Assembly (NCBI GenBank): GCA_040357565.1
Contig: JBDODJ010000005.1
Length of the DNA stretch: 64,000 nt
Source: Cercozoa sp. M6MM
Lineage: Eukaryota; Protista; Endomyxa: Ascetosporea
Reading direction: 5' to 3' (one strand)
Shown here: positions 1 through 12,455 of the stretch, in pieces
Position numbering within the stretch: position 1 is the stretch's first letter
Layout: every line of letters starts with the position of its first letter
The notes under the pieces: model-generated
Told to the model about the DNA's origin: nothing
What the model saw: only the letters and a program-made list of their open reading frames with translations
The model's database searches: none
Translations under genes and position numbers: made by a program

Positions 1-825
1 GGTACTCACCCGCCAGAGTGTGCGATCGCTTGCCAAAAAAGAGCAGCCGGTCCGAACTGCAGTCCAGAGTCCGTCCCACACGGGCAGGACAAAACCAAAA
101 TCCCGGCTGCGTCAAGTGGGCGTTGTGTTTGGCCCAGGGAGGCGTGCTCAGAGGTGCCGTGAGTCCGCCCTGCGGTCACCAAGCGGTCACACAGACCCCG
201 TCCCGTGTTGCAGAGGCGTGGCGGCCGCACACAAGGCTAGTTCCTCGGACCCCGGTCTCTTGGCGGGCAAGCTTGAGTCGGTCGCTCGGTGCCCACCGAA
301 ACCTCCAACCGCCACGATCCAGCACAGGCCGCGTTCTTGGGTAAAGCTTGCTATTAACTCTGTCTCACTTGGTTTCCCAGCTCTTTGCCCTGATCCGCAC
401 GGAAGAGAGTATTTTTTTTGCTGTGGTTGGATTTCTTTGGTTGAAAAATACTAAAAAGAGATCTATCGCTCGCCGAAACTGCGACAAGGCGGCTCAGTCT
501 GCTCTTTATTGGCGCATGCGAGTTCTGTTCGATGCTACTAGCGTCGTTGCCGTGTTCTTTGCAGCGCGCAGTGGCTTTGCGAGACCTTTCTTGCCTTGTT
601 TGTGAGTTTGCTTTTTGAGTGCTTTTTGAAAAATCTCGCGAAATTCCGAGCTCAAGTCTGCTCTGATCATTCTTTTTCCGCGCTTGCTTTGCGCACACGA
701 TCCTCTCTGACACAGCACGATCGCGTGTGTGTGCTGTTGACGTGCTGCTGGACAGTTGAGTGGGCACGCGTGCAACAAACACGAGGGGCAACAAACAATA
801 TATGTGTGCCTGTGCGTGTGCAGCA

Positions 826-3803
826 ATGCCACAACCGGCGTCGCCTTCGCTACAGCGAACGGCGCTGCACTCGCAGCAGAGATCGCCGCCTGCCACGGCT
901 CCCTCTGTATGTGCCACTTTGTGCATGTGCCGTTTGCTTGCCTGCGAGTGCTGTGCTGAGTGCTTTCGGTACTCTGATGTCGGCTGCTTAGCAGAATGCA
1001 AGGTCCCGCTCGCGCGGACGTGTGCTGAGTGCTCCTCTCTCGCCTGACGGGTACCTCGCGCCTCATCTGTTGTTTTGTGGTGTGTCCGTTTGTCTCATAC
1101 ACGGCTTGGTTCTGTAGCAGTGGCACACTGCTGACGAGCGAATCGATCTATGCACCGCTTGAAGCGCCAGAGCCGGATGCAGTTTCGTTCGCTCCCACAG
1201 ACCTCGCTGACTACGGACCTTCTCGGAGTACTTTGTCTTCCTTACACCACTAGTCTGTGCATACCCCAACCACACCAATATATCTTTACGCTCAGGGACA
1301 AGCGAGTCGCACGCGGTGAGCGCGCCGTCGACGAATGTGCACGCGCACGCGCGAAGTGCGTCCGATCAACAGACAGTACCATGCCTTGTTCGCACTATGC
1401 CTAACAGCGGTGGCTGTATTGTGTATGTGTGTGTGGTGTTTGCGTAGGCCTCTTGCAGGAGAGGACTCACGCTTGGCGAGCGCATGAACCTGGTGAGGTG
1501 TATGGAGGAGAAGAGCAACGCTTTATCGATGCAGGGCGGCGGCCTCAGCAGCGGCACGAACAGCACCAACCACACGCTGGACAGCTCGTCGTCCCCGTCG
1601 TCGTTCGCGTCCTCGCGGCGACCGCGACCGTTGGTACTTCCGCCTTGATGCCGAGTCGCTTGCATGTTATTTTACCTGCGTGTTGCGTCCTGTAGCAGGG
1701 CCTCCGGTCGCCGGGCCTGGAGCGTGCGACATCGGACCCGCACCGGTGTCCCAACGACCTCGTGTTGTCTCCCATCACGTCGCCCAGGTCGCTGCGCAAG
1801 CACTCGCCGCACACGCACCCGCCGAACGGCAGCGCAATCGACAACGGCGGCAGCACGCACGTGCACTACCAAAACCGCACGGGCTTGCACACGAGGAAAC
1901 ACAGTCTGGACGGCATGTCGCCCGACCTGGGCGGCGGAGGCTTCTCGCTCCCGCAGGTGCGTGTGCTGTTTTTGTCTTTGCTCAGTGTGTTCGGAAGGAG
2001 ACAAAGCACACTTGTTGTGCAGGGCGCCAATCGCGACGCGAGCGGCACCTCACGACCCGTGGGTCATCGCATTGCGGTACCTTTGCTTGCCGAAACGGGG
2101 CATGTACAGGTGAGTATAAATAAGTGCTACTCGCGCAGAGGATAAGTCAGCACCCGCTGCACGCCTCGGTTTCGATCACGCGCTCGTCCGATGGGCACAC
2201 TCGTTCGCGCTCACGCTCACGCGGCTACGCCAACCCTCCGGTACCGTTGATGCCTTGTTCTTGTGATACTCTCTGGTGTCGGTACCTGATGCTGGGAGTG
2301 CATGCAGCCGCAACGGTTACGTGGCCACGCGCGTGGTGTCTCGCCGTCGTCGACCTCGTCGTCGTCGTCGTCGCCACGTGGCCAGGGTACACTGTCATGC
2401 CAGTCTGTGCTTAATCGGGATGCCGTGTGTATGTGTGTATTTGCGGCTATAGCGAGGGCCAGGCGCGGTCGTTTCTCCAACCTGTCGGTGGTTCTCTCGT
2501 TTCTGTCGCTCCGTGACATCCTGTCCGTGTGCCAGGTCAACAAGAACTGGTGCGTTTGTGCTTTGTTTGAGTTACTTGTTGCTGCAGTGCACATGCATAA
2601 GCACATGTAACTATAGGTGCCGACAAACACGGCAGTATTTGGCGAAACTGCGCGTGTTGGATCTCAGGGAATGTTGGCATGTGCTGGTACCCTTCCACTC
2701 ACCCACTTTGTTTGTTTGGCCCGTGTACATGAACGATTTTCCAGGGCCGCATGGAGCACGGCAAGCAGGCGTTTCTCGAGAAATTTATTGGCGCCATGTC
2801 GCAGATTCAGGTACCAGGCATACGCACTTGCTTTCTTGCTGGTGCGCTGACCTCTGGCTCTCCGAGTAGGTGCTGCGACTAAGCTACTGCCACCATTTGA
2901 CTGACTCTCTGCTGGCGCGCATGCTCAAAGTGCTGGCACAGTGTGGCTGTCCTCTGCGCGAGGTGCACTTGTTTTACTGCGGAAGTCTCACGGACCGTGC
3001 ACTGACGCAGATCGTTTTGCGGGCACCAAAACTTCAGGTACGCTTCGCCAACCGTTCCTCCTTTGATTTCGTTATGTCCCTGTGCCTGCAGGTTCTCGAT
3101 CTGTCGCGCTGTCGTGGCCTCACGTCGCGTGGACTGGTACCGCGCATGTGCATGTGTACCTGTGTGCCTTGTATGTGTATGATGTTGTGTGTGTTCAGTA
3201 CTCGCTGACGCAGCTGCGTGAGCTGAAGTGGCTATCGTTAAGGGGGCTTGCCCCTGAGGTAGTCAATGACGAAGTACTCATGAATCTCGAAGATCTCGCT
3301 GAGGTGCCTTCATTTCCTCTCTTGTGTGCCTGTGTATGTACGTCTGCACCTGCACCTGTCTCCTCGTGCAGACACTGCGGTACCTGGATGTGCGTGACTG
3401 CGATGTGGACGCCGACCTGCTGGACGAGATGCGCGACAACCTGGACCCAAGTTGCCTTGTGCTGGGCCCGAGCAATAAGCGTCGATCGGCCAATTCGTCC
3501 ACTTCCGCCTCTCGTGGTTCGCTTGTCTCTTATAGTCTCTGCTGTGTATGGTATGCTGTGTATGGTATGATTTGCGATGTGCAGGAGGCAGGCGGCACAG
3601 GGATGAACAGCAACAGCATCCACAACAGCTGCACACCGCTGCCATGGTACGGCTGACTCTCTTTGCCTGACTGTCTAATTGCCCTGTATATGCAATCGCG
3701 CATCTCTCCGCAGGCGCTGCACGACGACTGGAATGACGACGATCATCTTAGCGGCTCGCTTTCCCACTCGATGAGTCACCCCGACTTCCGCCGTCCCAGG
3801 TAG
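826..3803 (+). CDS. F-box/LRR-repeat protein (FBXL-like) with a long Ser/Pro-rich N-terminus; ~18 exons
   Basis: Manual splicing with 17 GT-AG introns gives one open frame. F-box-like segment FSNLSVVLSFLSLRDILSVCQVNKNW, then cysteine-containing LRRs (LRVLDLRECW, VLRLSYCHHLTD, LREVHLFYCGSLTD, LQVLDLSRCRGLT, LKWLSLRG, LRYLDVRDC). Stop TAG at 3801-3803; the start codon is uncertain. Confidence 0.8.
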
Positions 3804-3982
3804 CACGCGGACGGCTCGCTTCGCGGCCTCGCTCCGGGTCCCACTGTGCCTAAAATTGCAAAACAAACCAAATGACGTAAATTACCATACATACACAAAA
3901 TTGATATCCGTCGTAATAGCGTAGTAACGGTTATACGTAACTCTCAGCTCGCTTGACTCAATCTAACCCGTCAGATCAGTCA

Positions 3983-5614
3983 TCAACAGTTGTCAGGCCT
4001 CGCAACGAGCAGCTCGGCTTCTGCGAGGAAGCGCGCGCGAGTGCTGTCGGTGAGTGTCTCTACACCAGGTAGCAGCGAGGCAGCGTCGACATCGGTGCAC
4101 TGCGGAAAGGCTCGCTGCCACGCGCACCTGTCGAAACAGGCAGTAGTGCTTTTCGGTGTTCTGTATGCATGCCAAATAGGCAGAGTGTGTTTTACTTGAG
4201 ATGATGCCGCTTTTTTGTTTCTCCGCACACACAGCAGCTGTTTTAAACAGCAAGTTCACGGAGAGTTTGGCAGAGAACCAATGGCGCGCAGACATAAAGT
4301 ACATGTGAACAGCGAAGAGGGGCACGGGTTCGTTGCATGATGAGCATGAAGTGCGATTCATGCAGACCTGTGGCATACACACCAACACACCTGATAGTCA
4401 AAATCAAGTTGTGCTCAGTTGTGCTCACCTCGATTTTGTACACTGGGAGGGGCCGTTTTTGCGCTGTTTTTGGCCGCTTTCGGCTTGGTTCGTCTTGCTC
4501 GCTAATGTCATAGTCGATAATATGCATCCAGGCAGACGTACACTGTTCCCACAAAGCAGGCAAAGCAAAAGTACCTATGATCTTTGTTGTCATTTTTACT
4601 GTTCACTGCGTCTCTGGCGAGCGAGCTTTCTTCTCTTTTCGCGTCTGATCAGGGCGGGAATCGGAACAAACCAACGTACCAAATACAGCCAAAACCTTCG
4701 GAAAAACGCGGCCGCTTTTTGTTGGATTCGGTAAGTTTCTCGAGTCGCGAGCTTTGTCGGAATGAGCCTCCACTTCCTGTTGATCGAAATAAATCACCAG
4801 TTTCAGGCACAAGTCGTGAGTACCTAAAGTAAGGTGAGCGTGCATACTGGGAGGCATGGTACTCTCTGCCTCACTGGCAGTACTCTCACCTGGGCGCCCA
4901 AACAATGACCGATAAATTCAGGCCAACAGTAAACCGAACAGAAGTACTCCGAAGCAGTGAATCAGGTGCAGGCACTGCCGCAGTCGTCGAAATCGAGGCT
5001 CGGCGAAATTGCGAAGAAGCTCGGTCCCAGCACACACGATACACCAACTCGTTCGCTGTTTTGACACGTGTGATGCTCCAGCTTCCAAAATGACACCAAC
5101 ACAAAGATCTCTCATACCTCGTTTCAGCACGCCAAACACGATGCGATCACCATCAAAAATACGCCGCGTGCCTTGTTTTGTCAGTTTTGTGTTATTCACG
5201 TAGACCCCATTGACTGATCCGAGGTCCTCCAGCTGCAATACAATGCCAAGCAAAACTGAAACTTCAATTGCGAGCAAGCAGTCCACCGTCAAAATCACCT
5301 CGAGAAAATCGCGCTCCACCAGGCGAAAGCGCACATGACGACGCGAAATCATGCCAGGGAGGTTTTCGCTGTCCAATCTTTGTCCTACCTGGTCGAGCTG
5401 CCTTCCAAGCACGATTTCATCTCCTAAAAACAAAGCACATGGGACCCTCCAGGCAGCTGCCGGAAGGTTGTGAAGTAACTGTACCCGGGAGACGCAAAGG
5501 AAGCGTGATCTCATCCATATCCGTCCCATCAGGCAGCGGAATCTGTGAGATACGCCGCAGCACAGGCGACGACTGACTGATGTCCACATCCGCTGACACT
5601 GCATTGCCTTCCAT
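3983..5614 (-). CDS. FHA-domain protein with a C-terminal PARP-type zinc finger
   Basis: FHA motifs IVLGR, ISRRH, LEDLGSVNGVYVN and DGDRIVFG. The spliced C-terminus reads YKIEVCMNRTSCSSC...RHHLKC...LLPGVETL, a CxxC...HxxC pattern like zf-PARP. Confidence 0.72.
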
Positions 5615-6256
5615 TCTGATCGATGCAGTTCGACACTAGCGCATTAACCAAGCTAAACTGGCCTAAATTGATATGCACACACCGGTGCGCACACTGGAAT
5701 ACCGAGCAGCTGGACAGAAAGCTGCAGCTGTACTACAAAATTGCTAAAACTAGATAAATTCTCACTCCACAGGGCGTTATACAGTTTTTAGGTATAATAA
5801 AACTTTTACAGTGTGTGTTAAACCAGTATTGCATTCTGTTATTTTAGCGGAACACCACGGAATTGGAAAAGATGGGTTCGCGTGGCCGTCTGAACAGAAA
5901 ACGCGTGCCCACGTGAAAACACCGCTCGCGCAACCAATTGTTTTCATCCGGCGTCTCTTGCCTTGTACTCTACACTATCAGCACAAGATTCATAGCAAGG
6001 CTCAGGCCTCGCTGTGCCAGTTTGCACGGGTCGCTATTTTGTGTTTGTGCTTGGTTATTTCAAGCTGCTACGGCAGCCCAGGAGCCATGACTATCTTGTG
6101 AGAGCGCTATCTTGTGAGAGAGCTGTAGAGAGGTTTTGAGTTGTGTGAATGAAAGGTTTTTCTGATTGGTCGTTTTGTTTTCGTGTGTGTGTGATCCTGG
6201 TTGTATTTGTATTTTTGTGCACAGCGTTGAATAGCGTACCCCGACTCGACAGCAAC

Positions 6257-6744
6257 ATGGATATTGGCATCACGGTTCCGGATGAGGTCCTGACGACGTT
6301 CCGCGACCTGCAGCTCTCGAAGAAGTACCACTTCATGGTGCTCAAGATCGCCAACAAGACGGCCATCGAGGTCGAGGCCACGCAGGCCGGCACGGAGGAG
6401 TACGACTACGAGGCCTTCTGCGAGGCTCTGATGGCGTCGGGCGCCCCGCGTTACGCCGTGGCCGACTTCCACTACGAGAACGAGGAGGGCCACAAGCAGA
6501 CCAAGCTCGTCTTCTTCTTCTACTGCCCGGACACGGCCCGCGCCATGGACAAGATGATCTACGCCTCGACGATGGAGAACCTCAAGGGCAAGCTCGAGGG
6601 CATCCAGCGTGTCGTGCAGGCCACGGACGAGAGCGAGCTCGACTACGAGGTCGCCAAGACCGTCGTACCTTTCCTCTTCTTGTCTGCTTGTCTCGACCTG
6701 AGTCTATGTGCTTGTGTCTGTGCGTGCAGATGATGCGCAAGTAA
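6257..6744 (+). CDS. COF1: Cofilin/actin-depolymerizing factor
   Basis: MDIGITVPDEV...PRYAVADF...KLVFFFYCPDTARAMDKMIYAST...VQATDESEL. One intron (GTACC...GCAG, 6665-6729) precedes MMRK*. Strong GC3 codon bias. Confidence 0.95.
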
Positions 6745-7056
6745 GCACGCGTCTCGCCTTCCCCTCTTTGGACGCACACGCGCCACGTGAGAAGGCAGCA
6801 TTTCGCACGTGACTCTTCTTGACGTTTGACGGATAGTAGCTTGCATGCCCCCAAAAAATTGAAGAAATGTTCTGCCGTCGCTTCCACTTGTGTCTCCCGT
6901 GTGTCGTCACGATATGTTATTATTAGCTACATGCACTGCTACTCCCTAGATCAAGCGGAACTCGTTGTTTCGTTATTCGTCAGGCCAATCTGTAGTGACT
7001 CTTCATAATAACCATGCACCTCAGGCATAGTTTCACGAGGCCTGGCATGCACTGCC

Positions 7057-7145
7057 CTGCGAGGAAAAATCAACTCAGAACTGGTACGGACAAGGGGGGA
7101 ACCCAACTAAGTAGTTCCCCTGCACCAGTCCGGGGTCTGCGAGGA
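7057..7145. other. Small hairpin containing a ~26-nt 28S rRNA-like segment, flanked by 9-bp direct repeats
   Basis: AACTCAGAACTGGTACGGACAAGGGG (7072-7097) matches a conserved LSU rRNA motif as I recall it. CTGCGAGGA occurs at 7057-7065 and 7137-7145. Confidence 0.5.
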
Positions 7146-7255
7146 CGCGCTTTGTGTCGCCAAGCTTTAACGTTCTTAGAAGACTGAACGAACTGACGAT
7201 ATCAATGAATGGTAAAATTACAGTAGTCAGCAGCTTTGCATCGTCAACCGTGCGC

Positions 7256-10200
7256 TTAGGTCATGAAGGACAGCAGCAGCGCAAAGTCGTTGTCGGCCAC
7301 AAGGGTTAGGATGTGCGAGTGCATTAGATGCAGCGACATATGTCGCAACAGCGTGTGCCGCGTCATGGCCAGCCAGCGCTCTCGCTGTGCAGTGCCATCC
7401 AGTCACGCTACACTGGCAGAAGTGGGATAAAGGGTACGTACCTGCTGATTGTCGCTGATGCGCAGCAGTCCGTGCAGCGAGGTGCCGCTGCGAAGGGAGT
7501 GGAACACGTCGTGTGCCGTCATTCGTCGCACTTGTCCCTTACTACAGTACATGGAGAAGGTGATGATGTATCGAAGAGGATGGAGATATGTACAAGGCAG
7601 CCTACTCAGAGTGGTGCCTCAGCGTGCCAGCCAGCAGTGCCAGGTGCAGCGTCTCGTCCGTGTAGACACTGTTGGTCAGGTCGAGCAAGACATGCTCCTG
7701 CGGCATCACCGCTTGCACCACGGCCTGCCACACCTCGTCCGATACCTCACTAGTCAGGGATAAGACCCAATGTATACGTATACGGGGGGGGGGGGTAGGA
7801 CAGTAGTACCACATGGAGGATTCCTCGATGACATACTTCTCCAGGAACGACACTAGCAAAGCACGAATCACATGCATCTCTTCTGCCTTGTCGTCGGCCT
7901 TGTTGCAGCAGCCGTTGTTGTTGTTGGTATACTCGAGGTACAGTGGCGACAGAGACTCCACCTACCAAAAGTTAGTTTATGGCATGTCATTTCCTACCGA
8001 AAGCAGCATACCACAACATGCAGGGTGTCCAAGGAAATCGCAAAGGCACGTCGACCGGCCACGCTGTCGTTGCATCGTGACATGCACTTCTGCAACACCA
8101 GAATATATCTTATTGGTAACTTGACTCCAGTCCAATACCAAAATAGGTCGCAGCAGACACTGTCGCAGCACGACCGAGAGCAATCCGTCCAGCGACTGCT
8201 CCTGCAGCACCGGACTGCTGCCGGCCCGACCGCTGTACTGTTGCTGCGTCTGCTGCCATCCACTCAACTCCTTGTGCTCGTGGCAGAATCGCTGTGCACA
8301 CACAGTGAGGTACAGTTGTACAGTGGTACAAATCGATAACATCACGTACCGCTAGTGTAGCCAACTCTTCAATCGTCAGCAGCGACGGACGTATCTATCA
8401 CAGGGGGGGGGCCGGGTAAAAAGACAAGGAGACTGCTATGTGCGCATGTGTGTGCACGCATGTGTGCGTATGTGTACGTTGTTGGACAGCAGGGCTCGGT
8501 AGGCGTAGAAGGCGGCGTACAGTGTCCTGTCTGTGCGCTTGTTGCTGCCGTAGTTGGGCGCGTCGCCTGGCAGTCCAAACGTCTTAGTTCGTCCGTCCTT
8601 CTTACTGCACACAAGTATCACAGTCAATTGAAGGCGGAACATGACAGACAGTAGGTGTACCTAATGGCAGTGATCTGAATGGGACCCTTTACGTCCGCCC
8701 ACGACACTTCGTACATCGGCAAGAAGGATGCCTGTGGTCACAGAGGAGACTATCTGGGATATAAGGAGAGAAGAGGGGAGGTGCAGAAACTACACTGCGC
8801 GCCTCTGGGTCGAGTTTGACGCCGCGTGCGTAGTCCGACCGACCGAGCAGTTTGTTGCTCTCTGCGGGAGAAGAGGGTAAAGGAGTTAAAGGAGAGTGAC
8901 TGAGGTTAAAGCTGGAGGGTACCATGTGCCTCCTTTCGCACGAAAGCATTGCGCCACCGTGGCGACGACGTCACCAGGAGAAACGTCGGTTCTACCGAAC
9001 GTTCCTGCTGTTGCAGCAGCTGCTGTCGCTCCTGTTGTCGACGCGTCACCACGTCGGCGCACGGCGACTGAACGAATTGGAGCGACTTTTTCGACAATTG
9101 GCACGCGCGAGCACTGCCAGAAATGACAGTCATTCTGCACACTAGTGTCACAAGCGTTGACAAGTAAAATATACAGGTCAGTCAGACGCGCATCGCGTGA
9201 CATGGCACGCTGCAGCTCAAACGACGGGAAGGACACCTCACTCGCCCAGTGGTACACCCTAAGGCACACGCACGACACTAAAGACAAACGCAGACAGAGT
9301 TCTGAAGGATACCGACGGCCGCCGAAAGCACCAACGAATCGAACGATGCGACGGCACAAAAGAGAGCGCAAAAGCTTTTGCACATCCTGGAAAACAATAC
9401 GGAATTGCATCCCAAACTGTTCAGCACAAGACAAGCAAGAGATCGAGGGGGTGGGACCTTGGGACACCACTGCATTGCGAGATTGTTGACCAAGAGTGGA
9501 TCGTCGTTATTGGCCGCTGACCACTATTGCAGTAAAATGTGAGATGCGAAATTGACAACACTCGGAAAGGACAGGTGAGAGCAACGCACAGCGTTATTTC
9601 CCGGACAACGCGAGAAATCATTGTCGAAAATCGCGTTCAGTTCGCTCTCGTAAAACGCACCTGATGTACAAACATTGTCGACACAAACAAGCATGTTTCA
9701 CAAAACAAAGTGATACAGTGGTGCACTTGATATCCCGATTCTTCCTCCGGGCAAGGCAGTCGAAGCTGTCGGTGCTGGAAAAACGGCGAGAACTCCCGCA
9801 GCTTTCGGTCTGTGCGTGTGCGTGTGCGCGTGTGTGTGTGTGTGGTGTGGTGTGTGTGTGTGTGGTGTGTGGTGTGTGTGTGTGTGTTTTTACAGAAAAG
9901 CAGCTGCTCTCGTGCGTCCACCTGATCAGAGAATGGATAATAAGCACTGAATGAAGAGCCCAGAGCAGACAGAGAAAGGTACTGCATAATCGGCGCTGAC
10001 CCAATCAGCCGGCATGTTGTGGCGTCTCATCACCTAAAGTAAATGATAACAAAAATAGAGAACAATAAAGAAGGGAAACAGAGAAAAGGCACCAACAGCA
10101 GATCGGGCAGCCCTTCATTGCGCTGCCGGTCGTGTTGTCTCATGCAACGATCAAAAACCTTCAATCTCGGGTCGGTCAAATTGTTCTTCGCGTCTGTGCA

Positions 10201-12142
10201 TTCGCCGGGACAGACATCAAACCAAAAAAGAACAAGAAGTAAACTAACATACACAGAGTGCAGTCATGCTCCTGGAACACAGCTTCGTCCAAGAGCATCG
10301 GCGACACGATTTCCTACGAACCCAGCAGTGGTCCAAACAAGCATGTTCGACTGGTCTGCGTAATCGGAAGTTTACCGCATTGGAACGTCGCGCAGCGAAA
10401 CGCGAGAAGAGCTGGTGGCTGCGCAAAGCTGCCGCTGCGGCCAGATCATTTTCCGGACTGTGCATGGAATCGGTCATCATCATTCATCATCAGTTCTGAG
10501 AAACTGCTGTGTTCCCCTTTACCGATCCACGCTCTGAGTAACTTGCATTTCGGTTCTGCAAACACACAAGACAGACTGCATTGCAACTGAAGGCGACAAC
10601 AGTTTTAAAAAAACGTTCGGTACAGAACACGTTCGTATCCCGAGAGCCAGGTGGCTAAAGCGTTGGTGTCAGTGTTTTGTCTGTTAGTGGTGCCAGCATT
10701 GTCAACAATGTCAGTGTCAACAATGTCAGTGATGTCAGTGAGACGCATGACATGTGACACGTTGTTGTCCAGGAAGCTCGCAATAACACCCAGCACATCC
10801 AGTGGAATCTCAGTCAGCAACGAGTCCTGCAGTGAACTCTCGCTAAACAAGCGGCCCTCAGAAAAGGTGGGTGTACCTGATGTCCGAGTGCCCAGAAACG
10901 ACGAGTGTGGCGGTCACACATGTGTCGTCCACAGTAGACGTCCTGCACCTCGCCAGTCTGCACAACATAAATAGGTACACGTTTAACGCTGACAGGGTGA
11001 GGAAGGAAAAGTGTATCGTACAACACGAAGCGAGACATTCTGCGTCACGAGACTGCTCGAGTTCATCGGAGCGTTGCAGGTCGCGCACCTGTCAAAAAAA
11101 AATATATATATATATATATAGATGTACCGTCTGGTATATGCATAAATTTACATACCTTTGAGCCGCAAGACACACGCCAGCGCACCTTTGTGCTGCGTCG
11201 ATTGGTCCGAACACAGGGTCGCCGTAGCTGACCTGTGTAATGGGATGGGATGGGAGTGTAGGATACGAGAATAAAACACTAGTTACACAAAAGACGGAGC
11301 TGGCGGCCGAGTTGCAGCACAACGACACTGGACAGACGTTTTTACTCTCCTTTGCCTGTCTCTGTTGTCATAATTTTAACACATGCATCAGACATACAGA
11401 TACATACACACAGTACAGTGAGAGGAAGAGACTACGTAGGGGTCCGTGATTAATGTGCCGTCACCAAGGAGCGCAGCATCGTTAGATTCAATGTCAATTT
11501 GAGTCTCAGGTTCGATGTCAGTCTCGGGTTCAGTCAACGGTTCCTCCTCACTCGTCTAAACAAACACAACACGGCTTGGTGCGAATTACAAAACGCACCA
11601 CTGAAAGAAACTCACTTCCTGCGTCGTACTGGTCCACCCATCGTCGTCGTCGTCCTCCTGTTGACATGCCCGCATTGCAACACATCATAGTGACCGAAAG
11701 TGAGTACCTCAACAGCGGGCGCTGTCTGTGCACATCGCAATTCAACCACATAGAAAAAAACATCATCAACTCAACAAAGAGCAGTGAAAGGAGGATGCGA
11801 GCATACGGGAGCTTGCAGGTGACTGAACTGCTCGACACAAAGACATTCAGTAACAGCATGTAGCAGTAGCATATAATTTGTCACAACAGTAGTACTTGTT
11901 GGTTGTGCATCTCCAGCCGAGTGGGCGGCAACTCTTCCTGCTCAACATCGCTCAGCGGCTCCTCCTCACTTGTCTAAGAAAGCAGCAATGTTTATAAAAA
12001 GCAAACTGAAAGAAAGCCCACAGTGTAAGTCGAGCTGCTCCAATCGTCTTCTTCGTTCTATTTTCACGCAGACTCCGTAAACTCGACGCAACAAAACAGA
12101 GAAAATGGCTGTGGGGGGCGGGGGGGGGGGGACCTTTGACAT
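7256..12142 (-). CDS. Large multi-exon hypothetical protein with an F-box-like motif
   Basis: A continuous spliced frame can be built from ATG 12142 to TAA 7256. It contains DSLLTEIPLDVLGVIASFLD (F-box-like) after an acidic N-terminus; the rest is unrecognised. Confidence 0.62.
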
Positions 12143-12455
12143 TCTTCGACGGGAAGTTGCTCTATTGAATAAATCTCACAACAAATGTTAAATTAGAACA
12201 CTGGCACAAACGTGCTTCCAGTGTTTGCGTTTTCTCGGCCGGGTCTGGTTGAGGCATAAGTCGCTGGTTGAAGTTTCGCAGAGCTTTCCCTGAAATTTAA
12301 GCGCCCTGTTGCAGAATACTGTACACCACGACTGCACGGGTCAGGTGTTTCTCGACACAAGTGATATAGTTTATGGCTACCGTTTAATGAGACCACAGTA
12401 CCTTTCAAGAAACAACTATCATTTACAGCTGGCGGCTGTTGGAAAACAAGGAAGT

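Noticed and set aside
1-345. GC-rich intron-free segment, possibly a transposon or LTR fragment
   Set aside because: No recognisable protein motif or terminal repeat within the window; it is truncated by the window edge.
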